DNA of 64,000 nt from an uncultured Thermoplasmata archaeon (GCA_964433785.1 CAYSTL010000002.1:2193-66192); one strand, 5' to 3'. Positions 48,625 through 57,849 are shown, counted from the first letter of the stretch. The notes: a model not told the origin generated them from the sequence alone. Made by a program: numbers and translations.

Positions 48625-50003
48625 GATTTTTTCTTCTTAAATTTTATTATCCCTATTAGAAGTATCGCTCCGAACAGTAGAGTCGTTGTAAATCCTGGTG
48701 TTTCTTCTTTATCTTCTGTTACTTTCTCCACTATCACATCAGTTGTCAGTTCATTGTTATTTTCGTTTATTTCGGAGGTTTCATTGGTCGTATCTATTTC
48801 TGCAGTTATCGTGTAGTTTCCCGTTTTCGGATATTTCCAGCTGAATTTATTCGTCGTTTTTGTTGTCTTCGATTCCAGTACTTCGATTCGGGTTGTATTA
48901 ATCAGGGTTTTATTTTCTGAATTCTGTGAACTGTACCAGAAGGATATTTTTACGTTGATCGCATCCAACTGACCCATGTTCTCGATCCTTGCTGAGATAT
49001 TCGAAGCAGTACCGTTCGTTAATGGGTTGGAAGGTGAGATCATTATTTCTTTTATCTTTAGGTCTGGACGATTAGCTTCTGTTCTTACGACTTTATTTAT
49101 GTTGACCAGTCTTAACTGAGCATCTATGATCCTAGGTCCGGGTCTAGACATTATGTCTCCATTCACAAAAAATATTTGATCTTCTTGTACAGCTTCTATA
49201 GATCGCCAGGAGTCCTTTTCGGTTAAATCCTCTACGGATTCTTTGAGGTAGTGGGGAGCTATTATTATCTCCGGATCTTCACCGATTATCTCTTCCTCTG
49301 AAATAGTGGCCCACCCTTCCTTATCAGAGGCTATGTTTTTGCATCCTGAATTCTCGATAAGTGTGTTCTGGAATGTGTTATTTCCGGGAGTGTATATCCC
49401 CTGATAGGTTCCTGAGATGTAGAATGCTCTAGGCTTGTTCGATTCTGGTATATTACTCATATCCTGGGTTATCTTATCCATAGTAGATTTGAGATCATCG
49501 GCCGTACTTTCTGCTTTTTTCTCTATACTGCACATCTTACCCAGTAATTTGATGTCTGAATACACATCGTCGAGACTATTTCCGTCTGTGACAACTACTT
49601 TGAGGTCATATTCATTTAGTGAGGAAACCATATTGGTATTTGCTTTAGTTATCACCACAACATCTGGATTTAAGGAGACGATCTTTTCGTAATCCACATT
49701 GAATGCGTCCCCTACTTTTGGTAGGTCCTTCACTTCTGGAGGATGATTACTGTATTTATCGACGCCAACGACTTTATCTCCTAGACCTAGGTGGAAAAGT
49801 ATCTCAGTGTTGGAAGCCATGAAGGATACTATCCTTTCTGGCGGTGAGTCAAATTTTATTGTTTCTCCTCTTGCATCAGTTATTTCGATACTTCCACTGT
49901 TTTGAGCATTGACTGCTGAAGGAACCGATATTGAGACGATCACGATCAGCGCTAATAATAAACAAATAATCTTTTTATCCATCATATCTACCTTAGAAAT
50001 CAA
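48609..50003 (-). CDS. ABC transporter substrate-binding protein (class III, FecB/BtuF-like) fused to a C-terminal CARDB-like domain and a PGF-CTERM archaeosortase sorting signal
   Basis: 464 aa. Signal peptide, then a periplasmic binding fold ('VVGVDKYSNHPPEVKDLPKVG...NPDVVVIT'). Then a CARDB-like segment ending in 'NENNNELTTDVIVEKV'. The C-terminus is 'TPGFTTTLLFGAILLIGIIKFKKKKS', i.e. a PGF motif, TM helix and basic tail. Confidence 0.75.
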   Translation of the reverse strand: MISKVDMMDKKIICLLLALIVIVSISVPSAVNAQNSGSIEITDARGETIKFDSPPERIVSFMASNTEILFHLGLGDKVVGVDKYSNHPPEVKDLPKVGDAFNVDYEKIVSLNPDVVVITKANTNMVSSLNEYDLKVVVTDGNSLDDVYSDIKLLGKMCSIEKKAESTADDLKSTMDKITQDMSNIPESNKPRAFYISGTYQGIYTPGNNTFQNTLIENSGCKNIASDKEGWATISEEEIIGEDPEIIIAPHYLKESVEDLTEKDSWRSIEAVQEDQIFFVNGDIMSRPGPRIIDAQLRLVNINKVVRTEANRPDLKIKEIMISPSNPLTNGTASNISARIENMGQLDAINVKISFWYSSQNSENKTLINTTRIEVLESKTTKTTNKFSWKYPKTGNYTITAEIDTTNETSEINENNNELTTDVIVEKVTEDKEETPGFTTTLLFGAILLIGIIKFKKKKSWPNH

Positions 50004-50122
50004 ATATACTTTAATTATTTAAAATTTACTTGAACCGCTCTGATTCTAAAATATTTTTTTATTTTATTCATGGTAAAATTTTTTACATATTTAAAACAAA
50101 ACATCCAGAGATCCAATACATA

Positions 50123-50136
50123 TGCATGGCCATGCA
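50123..50136. promoter_or_regulatory. Perfect 14-bp palindrome TGCATGGCCATGCA in the divergent promoter region between the ABC importer operon and the HTH regulator gene
   Basis: Exact dyad symmetry read directly from the sequence. It lies in a 342-nt AT-rich intergenic region. It shares the TGCA-N6-TGCA architecture with 35743-35758. Confidence 0.45.
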
Positions 50137-50345
50137 AATTTATTATCCGAAAATATAAATAATATACGTTATTGTAAAATCAGCGGATAGATGAAAAGCG
50201 GTATGGAAGGTAAGGCTTCTATCCGTTTTTTTATTTTCTTTGGAGGAGATCATGGCAAATTAGATTTTTACAAAGATTATCTAAGATTGATGAAGAACAT
50301 AGGAAACTGTAAAATATCTCGAATCAATTTTCTAAACAGATACTG

Positions 50346-51125
50346 ATGAAGATACTCCGGGACAAAAGATCATTGACAAAGTTCTTGATATTATATCTCT
50401 CTGCTGTAGAAAGACCCAACAAACTCTCTGACCTATCTGAATCTCTAGACATGTCTGAACAGGGTGTATCTAATTATCTTTCTGATATGGAAAAAGAAGA
50501 GTTGATCGATACATCTGGTCATCGTTATCATCCCACATCTAAAGGTATGGAGTATGTAAGAGACGTGATTCAAGAGATCAGTACTTTTTTAGATGAAGCT
50601 AGCGAGAGGATAGAGTTCATTTCTAGGTGTACCGCCATAGCAGATGAACATATAGAAGAGGATGACCAGGTCGGCCTTTTCATGAAGGATGGTTTTTTAC
50701 ATGCTTCCAAAAAAGAATCCTCCTCAATGGGTAAAGCCTTGATAGAGGCTAAAAAGGGAGAACCTGTATTGGTGGGTGGTCTTCGAGGTATCACTGAACT
50801 GAACATAGGAAATTTATTCATATTGTGTGCAGATATTGATGAATCTTCAGAACATGTAGCAGCTGAAGTAAAAGAGAAGATAGAGAATCTAGATTATGAT
50901 AAAGTAGCCGTGATGGATGAGAAGGAATACGGTTTAGCAAATATATTAAAGATCGAACCTGATATCAAATTTGCACCTTTAGAATCATCCCTACATGCAG
51001 CGGATAAAGGATTGGGTGTTCTACTGATGGTTGATGAGGATCAGATAGATAATATAGTTGAGAAGATAAAGGCTAGGAACAGAAACAGGGATGAGGAATA
51101 TAAGATCAGATTTGAAGTCCTTTAG
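50346..51125 (+). CDS. Putative transcriptional regulator: N-terminal winged-HTH plus C-terminal domain of unknown function
   Basis: 259 aa. The N-terminal ~80 aa, 'LTKFLILYLSAVERPNKLSDLSESLDMSEQGVSNYLSDMEKEELI', has wHTH-like character (DtxR/MarR-like). Divergent from the iron-type ABC operon. Confidence 0.5.
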   Translation: MKILRDKRSLTKFLILYLSAVERPNKLSDLSESLDMSEQGVSNYLSDMEKEELIDTSGHRYHPTSKGMEYVRDVIQEISTFLDEASERIEFISRCTAIADEHIEEDDQVGLFMKDGFLHASKKESSSMGKALIEAKKGEPVLVGGLRGITELNIGNLFILCADIDESSEHVAAEVKEKIENLDYDKVAVMDEKEYGLANILKIEPDIKFAPLESSLHAADKGLGVLLMVDEDQIDNIVEKIKARNRNRDEEYKIRFEVL

Positions 51126-52114
51126 TATATTATAGGTATTTTCCTACCGCATTCAGGGCATTCCCCGTCCTTTAAATTTGTTTTTCCTGAAGAGAAAAAA
51201 GACCTTGAAATGATGGTAGTTCCACATTTAGGACATCGTGTATCGTTTTCCGCCGGAAGATTTCCCAGATAAACGAAATTCAATCCGGCTTCCTTGGCTA
51301 TCTCCCTAGCTTTGTTCATGGTCTTTTCTGGTGTAGAAGGTGTATCTCTCATCTTATGGTCTGGATGGAACCTTGAGAAGTGAACTACTGTATCTTCACC
51401 TAGATTTTCAATCACCCATTCAGAGAATTCCCTCATCTCTTCATCATCATCGTTATAACCAGGTATGATCAAGTAGGTGATCTCAACATGGATGCCCAGA
51501 TCAACAGCTTTCTTGGCAGTATCTAGAACCGGTTGTAATCTTCCACCAACGATCTTTCTATAGAAACCATCGTGAAATGCTTTGATATCAATATTCATGG
51601 CATCGAGATATGGAGATAGATCCTCTAGAGGTGCCTCATTGATGTATCCGTTCGTCACATATACTACATATCCTCCATCATCTTCCTTAATCCTCTTAGA
51701 AACATCATAACTGTATTCATATGCGATCGTTGGTTCATTATAGGTCCATGCTATCCCTTCATAATTCATGGCCTTGTTTGCTAGTTCTTCGACGGAATAC
51801 TCTTTAAGATATGGACTCTCAGGATCACCATTAGATAGAGAAGCGTTCTGACAGAATTTACATTTTAGATTACATCCCATGGTCCCGTATGACAGTACCT
51901 GACTCCCCGGATGGAAGTGATACAGAGGTTTCTTTTCAATAGGATCTACTGCTAAAGATGCAGCCTTCCCATAGATTGTAGAGTAGAGTTTACCATCAAT
52001 ATTTTTTCTAACATTACATAAACCACGCTTTCCCTCTTCTATCAGGCATTCCTGAGGACAGAGGTGACATCTTACTTTGTCTTCTTCAACCTCCCAATAC
52101 TTCGCTTCTTTCAT
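51122..52114 (-). CDS. AmmeMemoRadiSam-system radical SAM enzyme (PflA-like activase family)
   Basis: 'CHLCPQECLIEEGKRGLCNVRKNIDGKLYSTIYG...SLAVDPIEKKPLYHFHPGS', CxxxCxxC 'CNLKCKFCQN', and a C-terminal 'CPKCG...CPECG' zinc ribbon. First ATG at 52114. The ORF-track start at 52144 is TTG. Confidence 0.7.
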   Translation of the reverse strand: MKEAKYWEVEEDKVRCHLCPQECLIEEGKRGLCNVRKNIDGKLYSTIYGKAASLAVDPIEKKPLYHFHPGSQVLSYGTMGCNLKCKFCQNASLSNGDPESPYLKEYSVEELANKAMNYEGIAWTYNEPTIAYEYSYDVSKRIKEDDGGYVVYVTNGYINEAPLEDLSPYLDAMNIDIKAFHDGFYRKIVGGRLQPVLDTAKKAVDLGIHVEITYLIIPGYNDDDEEMREFSEWVIENLGEDTVVHFSRFHPDHKMRDTPSTPEKTMNKAREIAKEAGLNFVYLGNLPAENDTRCPKCGTTIISRSFFSSGKTNLKDGECPECGRKIPIIY

Positions 52115-52177
52115 AGTATATATTAATGTCAATCGATGGTACAAATATGTTATCCAAAAAAATAGAGAAAGTGGTTT

Positions 52178-53143
52178 TTATGGTTGTGGTGGTGCTGGCG
52201 GTTTATATGATTCGTCAGCTTCATACTTGAATTCTTTAGCAGCCATAGGCCTTCCTCTAAGGTAATGTACCGTTATGGCTATCACCGCTACACTGTTGAT
52301 GAATATAGAGATGATACCCTGAATTATCGGGCTGAGTACCACCGAAGTATCTACTGAAAGTATCTTTGAAGGTAATACCATAGAGATGAAGTTACCGATA
52401 CCCGAAGCCACTAGCGAAAGTACTATCACAACGACTACAAGAACTATAGTGAAAACAAGTGTTTCGTTGGATTTAGCATATTTTTTACTGGAAGACATGG
52501 CTCTAGTGATACTTTTTCCTTCTATAACTAAGATCGGGATTGTAAACAACCACCAGTAACAGAACAATAGGCCTGGTATAAAGCATAGGAAAAGACCAAA
52601 GCCGACTATTATGGAAAGTAGTATGCTTGCACCTATGATACCTAAAGGATATTTAGAGATTATAGAATAACCGGTATGTATGTTAGTACTGCCAGTTTCA
52701 TAAGCTTCCTTTGCCATACCAACAAGGCCACCGGCAAAAAGTACCTGAACTATCGAACTCAGTAATGCTAAAGGTATCACAAGAAAGATCATGTTCATGA
52801 CTTTGTTCATTATAACATCGGCTTCTGTAGTTTGAGATATATTTGTAAGATTATTGGCTATAGCATCAGCGTTGATGACGGATATAACCACTACGATCAA
52901 TATCGGGATCAACCAGTACACGATGATAGGACCTATGTTCTTTGTAAGTATATCAAATGATTTTGAAAACGTGTCTGAGATGTCGATATTTCTATTGTAA
53001 TATTGAGGACCTTCTTGTTGAGCTTCATACTGTTGTTTTTCCTCGCCTTCCGGGGGCTCCTGAACCTGATACCCACAGTGAGGGCATCGTCCTTTTTTAT
53101 CTGGTTTGGAGTATATCGCACCGCAATTAGGGCACTCGTACAT
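52178..53143 (-). CDS. Zinc-ribbon membrane protein, hypothetical
   Basis: N-terminal 'CPNCG...CPHCG', a Q/E-rich linker, then about six TM helices and a Pro-rich tail. 321 aa. Confidence 0.5.
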   Translation of the reverse strand: MYECPNCGAIYSKPDKKGRCPHCGYQVQEPPEGEEKQQYEAQQEGPQYYNRNIDISDTFSKSFDILTKNIGPIIVYWLIPILIVVVISVINADAIANNLTNISQTTEADVIMNKVMNMIFLVIPLALLSSIVQVLFAGGLVGMAKEAYETGSTNIHTGYSIISKYPLGIIGASILLSIIVGFGLFLCFIPGLLFCYWWLFTIPILVIEGKSITRAMSSSKKYAKSNETLVFTIVLVVVVIVLSLVASGIGNFISMVLPSKILSVDTSVVLSPIIQGIISIFINSVAVIAITVHYLRGRPMAAKEFKYEADESYKPPAPPQP

Positions 53144-53206
53144 TGACTCACCAAAGGCTATATAATAAAGCTGAACTAAATATTTTTTGTAAAAATAATG
53201 TCGGAT

Positions 53207-54205
53207 TTATAGAACTTTGATATCTACAACTACATGAAATACGTGTGGAGCGTACGATTTTATCTTCCTTATATCATCGATTTTGAAGTCTTGATTTAGA
53301 TGTTTATTCAGTTCATCTTTTACATTTTCAGGATAGTTTGAATCCTTGGCTAAAGAATGGTAATGTATGATCCCGCTGTTATTTAAAAAATCTAAGGCCT
53401 TGGGTAGGAATCTCCAGGTATCGTGCAGATATCCCATTACAATCCTATCTGCAATACCTTTCTTTTCGAAATCTCTGTTGTCACCGTTCCAGGTCTCGAC
53501 TACATCTTCGACTTCATTCAATTCTATGTTTTCATTCAGGTAACTGTAGGAAACAGGATTGATCTCTAGAGAATAAATATTCTCTGGAGTACCGTGATAT
53601 GCCAGTGGTAGTGTAAAATATCCTATACCTGCGAACATATCTATTATCACCTCATTGTCGACATCGATCTCGCTCATCCTGACCCTTTCATCTATATTAC
53701 CGCTTGAAAACATCAGTTTTGATGTGTCTATCTTGTACTTTATACCGTTTTCAAGATGTATTGTTTCTGTCTCCTCACCATGTATGATTTCAACATTAGG
53801 TCGTCGTTTTATCCCCTCGATCCTACCCTGAAGGAGCACAGTTTTGGCCCCTAGAACATCTGCATATACTTTGCCGACCTTTTCTTTGTATTTTTTTAAA
53901 GTTTCTGGGAGTTTTATTAGGGCCACATCTCCAAACATCTCCCACCTATCAGGTAATAGTTTTTCTTCTTGTTCGTCAAGATCTATTTTTTCCTGGATGA
54001 TCTCATAAGGTGTCTTCTTCTTTTCCCGTAATATCACGTTCTCCTGGACATCGTTGCCATCCTTGGTTACTGGTATTATCAACTCACCTTCATCTTCTAT
54101 GATCATCCTGTCTGGATCGAGGATCCCTTCATCCTTTATCTTTTCTATGGTCTCTTGACCTTTTTCCTTAGGAACTCGGATTATCTGGTGTCTTTCATCT
54201 TCCAT
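53207..54205 (-). CDS. Trm5/Taw2-family tRNA methyltransferase (Met-10+ like; m1G37 or wybutosine pathway)
   Basis: 332 aa. Class I SAM motif 'VIIDMFAGIGYFTLPLA', the 'NP' catalytic loop 'LEINPVS', and an N-terminal D1-like domain. Confidence 0.65.
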   Translation of the reverse strand: MEDERHQIIRVPKEKGQETIEKIKDEGILDPDRMIIEDEGELIIPVTKDGNDVQENVILREKKKTPYEIIQEKIDLDEQEEKLLPDRWEMFGDVALIKLPETLKKYKEKVGKVYADVLGAKTVLLQGRIEGIKRRPNVEIIHGEETETIHLENGIKYKIDTSKLMFSSGNIDERVRMSEIDVDNEVIIDMFAGIGYFTLPLAYHGTPENIYSLEINPVSYSYLNENIELNEVEDVVETWNGDNRDFEKKGIADRIVMGYLHDTWRFLPKALDFLNNSGIIHYHSLAKDSNYPENVKDELNKHLNQDFKIDDIRKIKSYAPHVFHVVVDIKVL

Positions 54206-54273
54206 CTGCTTTCACAACTTCATTGAAGACACTCACATAAGTATTTTATAGTTATAGATAACTTCGAATCCCA

Positions 54274-54975
54274 ATGGGAAAACGAGTTATAATCTGGATT
54301 TTCACACTGCTCTTTGTACTCAGTTTATCTCTATCTGGATACAGTGAGGCGGAAGATATATCCTCACCATCAAATGTCAATCAGATCATCTCTGATTTTA
54401 GTGATATCGATATGGAACCAGGCGAGGATGAAGATTTTGAGTTTGAGTTTTTCAATCCATATGAATCGTCAATGAGAGATGTAACATTGGAGATCCAGAT
54501 ATACAATTTTAGAGATTATAATAAAAATGATGATGTCGATAAGTTAGATAATTCTATTTATTTTGATAGGAACGGTGAAACAAAAGTTATCTATGAAACC
54601 GATGAATTGAAATCAAGGAATTCAATAGATGTGTCTTACAAGGTCAACTCGGATGAAGACACGAAGAAAGGAGTCTATTCAGTTCGATTCAGTTTATCTT
54701 TCGATATGGAAGGTAAGAATGTAAACATGAAATCCATAGGATATTTCACGGATCAAGAAATAGAACAGGCTTCAGAACATATTGGAGAAGATGACGACGA
54801 ACATTTTGTTGGTGGCTATAATCTGACCAGATTGGATGTAGACGGCATACTCAAAGAAACATCTATCGCTGTAAAAGAACCTAAACCAAGATGGCCACAG
54901 TACGCTTTAGGGGCTGCAACAGTGATATTTTCAGTTTTAGCGATCTATTACTATCTTAAGGAAAACAAAAATTAA
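54274..54975 (+). CDS. Secreted, C-terminally anchored acidic protein, hypothetical
   Basis: N-terminal signal peptide, acidic body, C-terminal TM helix 'YALGAATVIFSVLAIYYYL' plus KENKN. 233 aa. Confidence 0.45.
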   Translation: MGKRVIIWIFTLLFVLSLSLSGYSEAEDISSPSNVNQIISDFSDIDMEPGEDEDFEFEFFNPYESSMRDVTLEIQIYNFRDYNKNDDVDKLDNSIYFDRNGETKVIYETDELKSRNSIDVSYKVNSDEDTKKGVYSVRFSLSFDMEGKNVNMKSIGYFTDQEIEQASEHIGEDDDEHFVGGYNLTRLDVDGILKETSIAVKEPKPRWPQYALGAATVIFSVLAIYYYLKENKN

Positions 54976-56117
54976 AATAAGTTTTTGATTACTGGTCCTA
55001 TAAATTTGATCATGCTGGGAGAAGCTTTCATTATGGGTTTAACCAGTTTAGAAGGATGGTCTATATCGCCTCTTTCTTCGATGATACTTTTTATTTTTTC
55101 TTTCTGAAGTGATTTGATAAACTTATCAAAGTCATTGTCACTCATACCTTTGAACACTTTACGCATCTTGAGGCCTTTCTTGATCTCTTTACCAACATCA
55201 TCCATGAATCTTTCTTCATATCTCATCAGAAGATCCTTAGAGGTGTTCTCTGCTTCTAGGCTTTCGATGATGGTTTTTCCACAGAATTTTGCAGCTTTGA
55301 GACCTGTATATATACCCCCACCAGAAAGTGGTTTGACCTGTCCAGCAGCATCCCCTACCAGGAGTAAACCATCATCAACCATGGGGGTAGTGATACCTAT
55401 TGGAATACTGCCTGAGAGTATACCCAATACTTTGTTACCCATACCTTTAGAATTCAAAAGCTCGTTCAGATGCTGGTATGCATTTCCATCGGTAGAAGCA
55501 AGTCCGATAAGCGAACCTGAAGTGTAAGGGACCTGCCAAGCGAAGAAACCGGGAGCGATATCATTTCCTAAGTATATCTTGACATAATCCGTTTTGGCGG
55601 GTACTATGGCCTGGATCGCAGGTATGATCTCCTTTGGACCGGATAATCCTGCGGAACGTCGTACTGTTGAACCGGGTCCATCGGCACCCACTAGTACTTC
55701 TGTATCGATCTTGATCGATTTGTCATTTTGTTTATAGGTAACTTCGCCTTTTGAATTGATCCCTGTAAATTTAGAATTCAACCTTATATCGACACCGGAA
55801 TCATTTGCTTTAGAGGCCATCTCTTTGTCGAAAGACGATCTATCGATGACTGACACTTTCTTTTCGTTCGATACTATTTTCAAAGGCTCCCCAGATGGTG
55901 GATGTATATCTGCTCTTCTTGGTTCAGCGATAACGCTATCTGTTCCTGTCATCTCTATAACTTTCTGACTTACCAGTCCAGCGCATTGGACAGGCTTTCC
56001 GATGACTGATTTATCTTCAAGGACGACAGTATCGAATCCAGAATCTGCGGTTATCTGTCCCACTTTCAGACCGATGGGTCCTCCACCCACTATGACTACA
56101 TCTACCACGGTGTTCAT
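54972..56117 (-). CDS. Geranylgeranyl reductase family FAD-dependent oxidoreductase (digeranylgeranylglycerophospholipid reductase-like)
   Basis: 381 aa. N-terminal 'DVVIVGGGPIGLKVGQ' FAD fold, 'CAGLVS' and 'LVGDAAGQVKPLSGGGI' conserved GGR motifs. Confidence 0.75.
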   Translation of the reverse strand: MNTVVDVVIVGGGPIGLKVGQITADSGFDTVVLEDKSVIGKPVQCAGLVSQKVIEMTGTDSVIAEPRRADIHPPSGEPLKIVSNEKKVSVIDRSSFDKEMASKANDSGVDIRLNSKFTGINSKGEVTYKQNDKSIKIDTEVLVGADGPGSTVRRSAGLSGPKEIIPAIQAIVPAKTDYVKIYLGNDIAPGFFAWQVPYTSGSLIGLASTDGNAYQHLNELLNSKGMGNKVLGILSGSIPIGITTPMVDDGLLLVGDAAGQVKPLSGGGIYTGLKAAKFCGKTIIESLEAENTSKDLLMRYEERFMDDVGKEIKKGLKMRKVFKGMSDNDFDKFIKSLQKEKIKSIIEERGDIDHPSKLVKPIMKASPSMIKFIGPVIKNLF

Positions 56118-56225
56118 CTTTTTGAACAGTTAATCGATTATTAATTTTTCTGATGACGAAGACTTTATTAACCTCATGCCTTAATTAAGGCTAGTATTTA
56201 AACTATTTAAAAAAGAGTGATCAAT

Positions 56226-56774
56226 ATGGATGGGCTAAAGATAGAAAACGTTGTGGCATCATCATCGATGGAAAAGAAGCTTGACCTGGAAGAAGTATCA
56301 AGAGTTTTAGAGGGATCCGAATACGATCCAGAAAAATTCCCTGGATTGGTATATAGGATAGATGAACCTAAGACTGCGATTTTACTCTTCACCAGTGGTA
56401 AGGTAGTTTGTACTGGTGGAAAGACTGTAGATGAAGCTAAGACCAGTGTGAACAAGATAAAAGGACTGTTGGATGAAAGAGATATAGAGACTGCCGATGA
56501 TATTACAGTCACTATTCAAAACATAGTTGCATCTTACAGCTTGGATGCTGATCTCAATCTGAGTTCGGTAGCCATCACACTCGGTTTGGAACGTGTAGAA
56601 TACGAACCTGAACAGTTCCCTGGATTGGTCTATAGGTTGAGAGAATCACCTGTCGTACTGCTCCTATTCGGATCTGGAAAGATGGTCTGCACGGGTGGAA
56701 AGACCATAGAAGATCTTGAGGAAGCTGTGGAGTTAATAAAAGATGAGCTCAAAGGAGCAGGACTTATCCATTAA
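56226..56774 (+). CDS. tbp: TATA-box binding protein
   Basis: Two direct repeats: 'KIENVVASSSMEKKLDLEEV...EPKTAILLFTSGKVVCTGGKT' and 'TIQNIVASYSLDADLNLSSV...ESPVVLLLFGSGKMVCTGGKT'. ATG at 56226. The ORF-track GTG start is 56217. Confidence 0.9.
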   Translation: MDGLKIENVVASSSMEKKLDLEEVSRVLEGSEYDPEKFPGLVYRIDEPKTAILLFTSGKVVCTGGKTVDEAKTSVNKIKGLLDERDIETADDITVTIQNIVASYSLDADLNLSSVAITLGLERVEYEPEQFPGLVYRLRESPVVLLLFGSGKMVCTGGKTIEDLEEAVELIKDELKGAGLIH

Positions 56775-57615
56775 GGATTTTCCTATACTGGATAACCATA
56801 TGCATCTCCGTGAGACCGGAGATAATGTTGAAGCAGTCAAAAGATTCGAGAAATCAGGTGGAACACACCTGATAATTTCTCATCTTCCCTACCATGATTT
56901 GAGGGATTGGGATTCTGATGGTTATGAACCCATATATGAAAGGACTCTGGATCTAGCTGAAAGCTCGGAAAAGGAGACAGATGTGAAAATTTTTGTGACC
57001 CTCGGTCCTTACCCAGTAGATCTAGTTCAGCTAACAGAGGCGGTCAGTTTAGAAAGGGCAAAGAAGATACTGTTAGACGGAATGGATCTAGCAGCTAAAT
57101 ATGTCAAGGATGGTAAAGCCATAGCTTTAGGAGAGATCGGCAGACCTCATTTCGATGTTTCCGATGAAATATTGGCAGCTTCTAACGAGATAATGAGATA
57201 CGGTATGGAGTTGGCTGCAGATATAGGATGTCCTGTTGTATTGCATACCGAGAGTACAACACCCGAACAGTGCAGAGAATTGGGAGAGATGGCAGATTCG
57301 GTCGGGTTGGATAGAGGAAAGGTCGTAAAACATTACAGTCCTCCCATGACCTCGCTTGATAAGAATCATGGATTGTATCCTTCTATATTAGCAAGGGAGA
57401 GTAATATCGAGGAAGCTGTGAAGGAAAATAACAGGTTCTTACTGGAAACGGATTACATCGACGACCCAGAAAGACCTGGAGCTGTTTTAGGGATAAGGAA
57501 CGTGCCTAAAAAAACGAAAAAAATGTTTGGAAAAGGAGTCCTATCTGAAGAAGATATCTGGAAGATTCATAAGGAAAATCCAGAAGAAGTTTACGGCATA
57601 GAAATAGAACTATGA
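56743..57615 (+). CDS. TatD-family metal-dependent hydrolase
   Basis: 290 aa. N-terminal 'ILDNHMHL' (TatD HxH), mid 'GEIGRPHFD', 'VVLHTE'. The start overlaps the tbp 3' end by about 30 nt; the true start may be internal. Confidence 0.6.
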   Translation: MSSKEQDLSIKDFPILDNHMHLRETGDNVEAVKRFEKSGGTHLIISHLPYHDLRDWDSDGYEPIYERTLDLAESSEKETDVKIFVTLGPYPVDLVQLTEAVSLERAKKILLDGMDLAAKYVKDGKAIALGEIGRPHFDVSDEILAASNEIMRYGMELAADIGCPVVLHTESTTPEQCRELGEMADSVGLDRGKVVKHYSPPMTSLDKNHGLYPSILARESNIEEAVKENNRFLLETDYIDDPERPGAVLGIRNVPKKTKKMFGKGVLSEEDIWKIHKENPEEVYGIEIEL

Positions 57616-57747
57616 TTCCTCCAATTTTTCTTTGATCAATTCCATAAGGTCTTCCTGGCAATCCTTACATATACTTTTATCCCCAATCTTTCTATATTCT
57701 CTCGACCAGTTACCACAGAAGTGACATCTATCAGAGTCTAGCGGCAT
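57610..57747 (-). CDS. Small zinc-ribbon protein (45 aa), hypothetical; below the ORF-track size cutoff
   Basis: Manual minus-strand translation gives MPLDSDRCHFCGNWSREYRKIGDKSICKDCQEDLMELIKEKLEES, with CxxC-N15-CxxC. A strong GGAGGA Shine-Dalgarno lies 8 nt upstream of the ATG. It converges on TatD with a 6-nt overlap. Confidence 0.5.
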   Translation of the reverse strand: MPLDSDRCHFCGNWSREYRKIGDKSICKDCQEDLMELIKEKLEES

Positions 57748-57849
57748 CTAATTATCCTCCATAATATTCAAAGTGCTCTCAATTACTAAAATGTTCCGTA
57801 ATTTTTGGAAATTTGATTTGGAAAAGTTAAAAAAAGGATTAAAATGGTT

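Noticed and set aside
52077-52265. 62-aa plus-strand ORF between the radical SAM gene and the zinc-ribbon membrane gene
   Set aside because: It overlaps the 5' end of the radical SAM gene and the 3' end of 52178..53143 on the opposite strand. No start context. Probably spurious.
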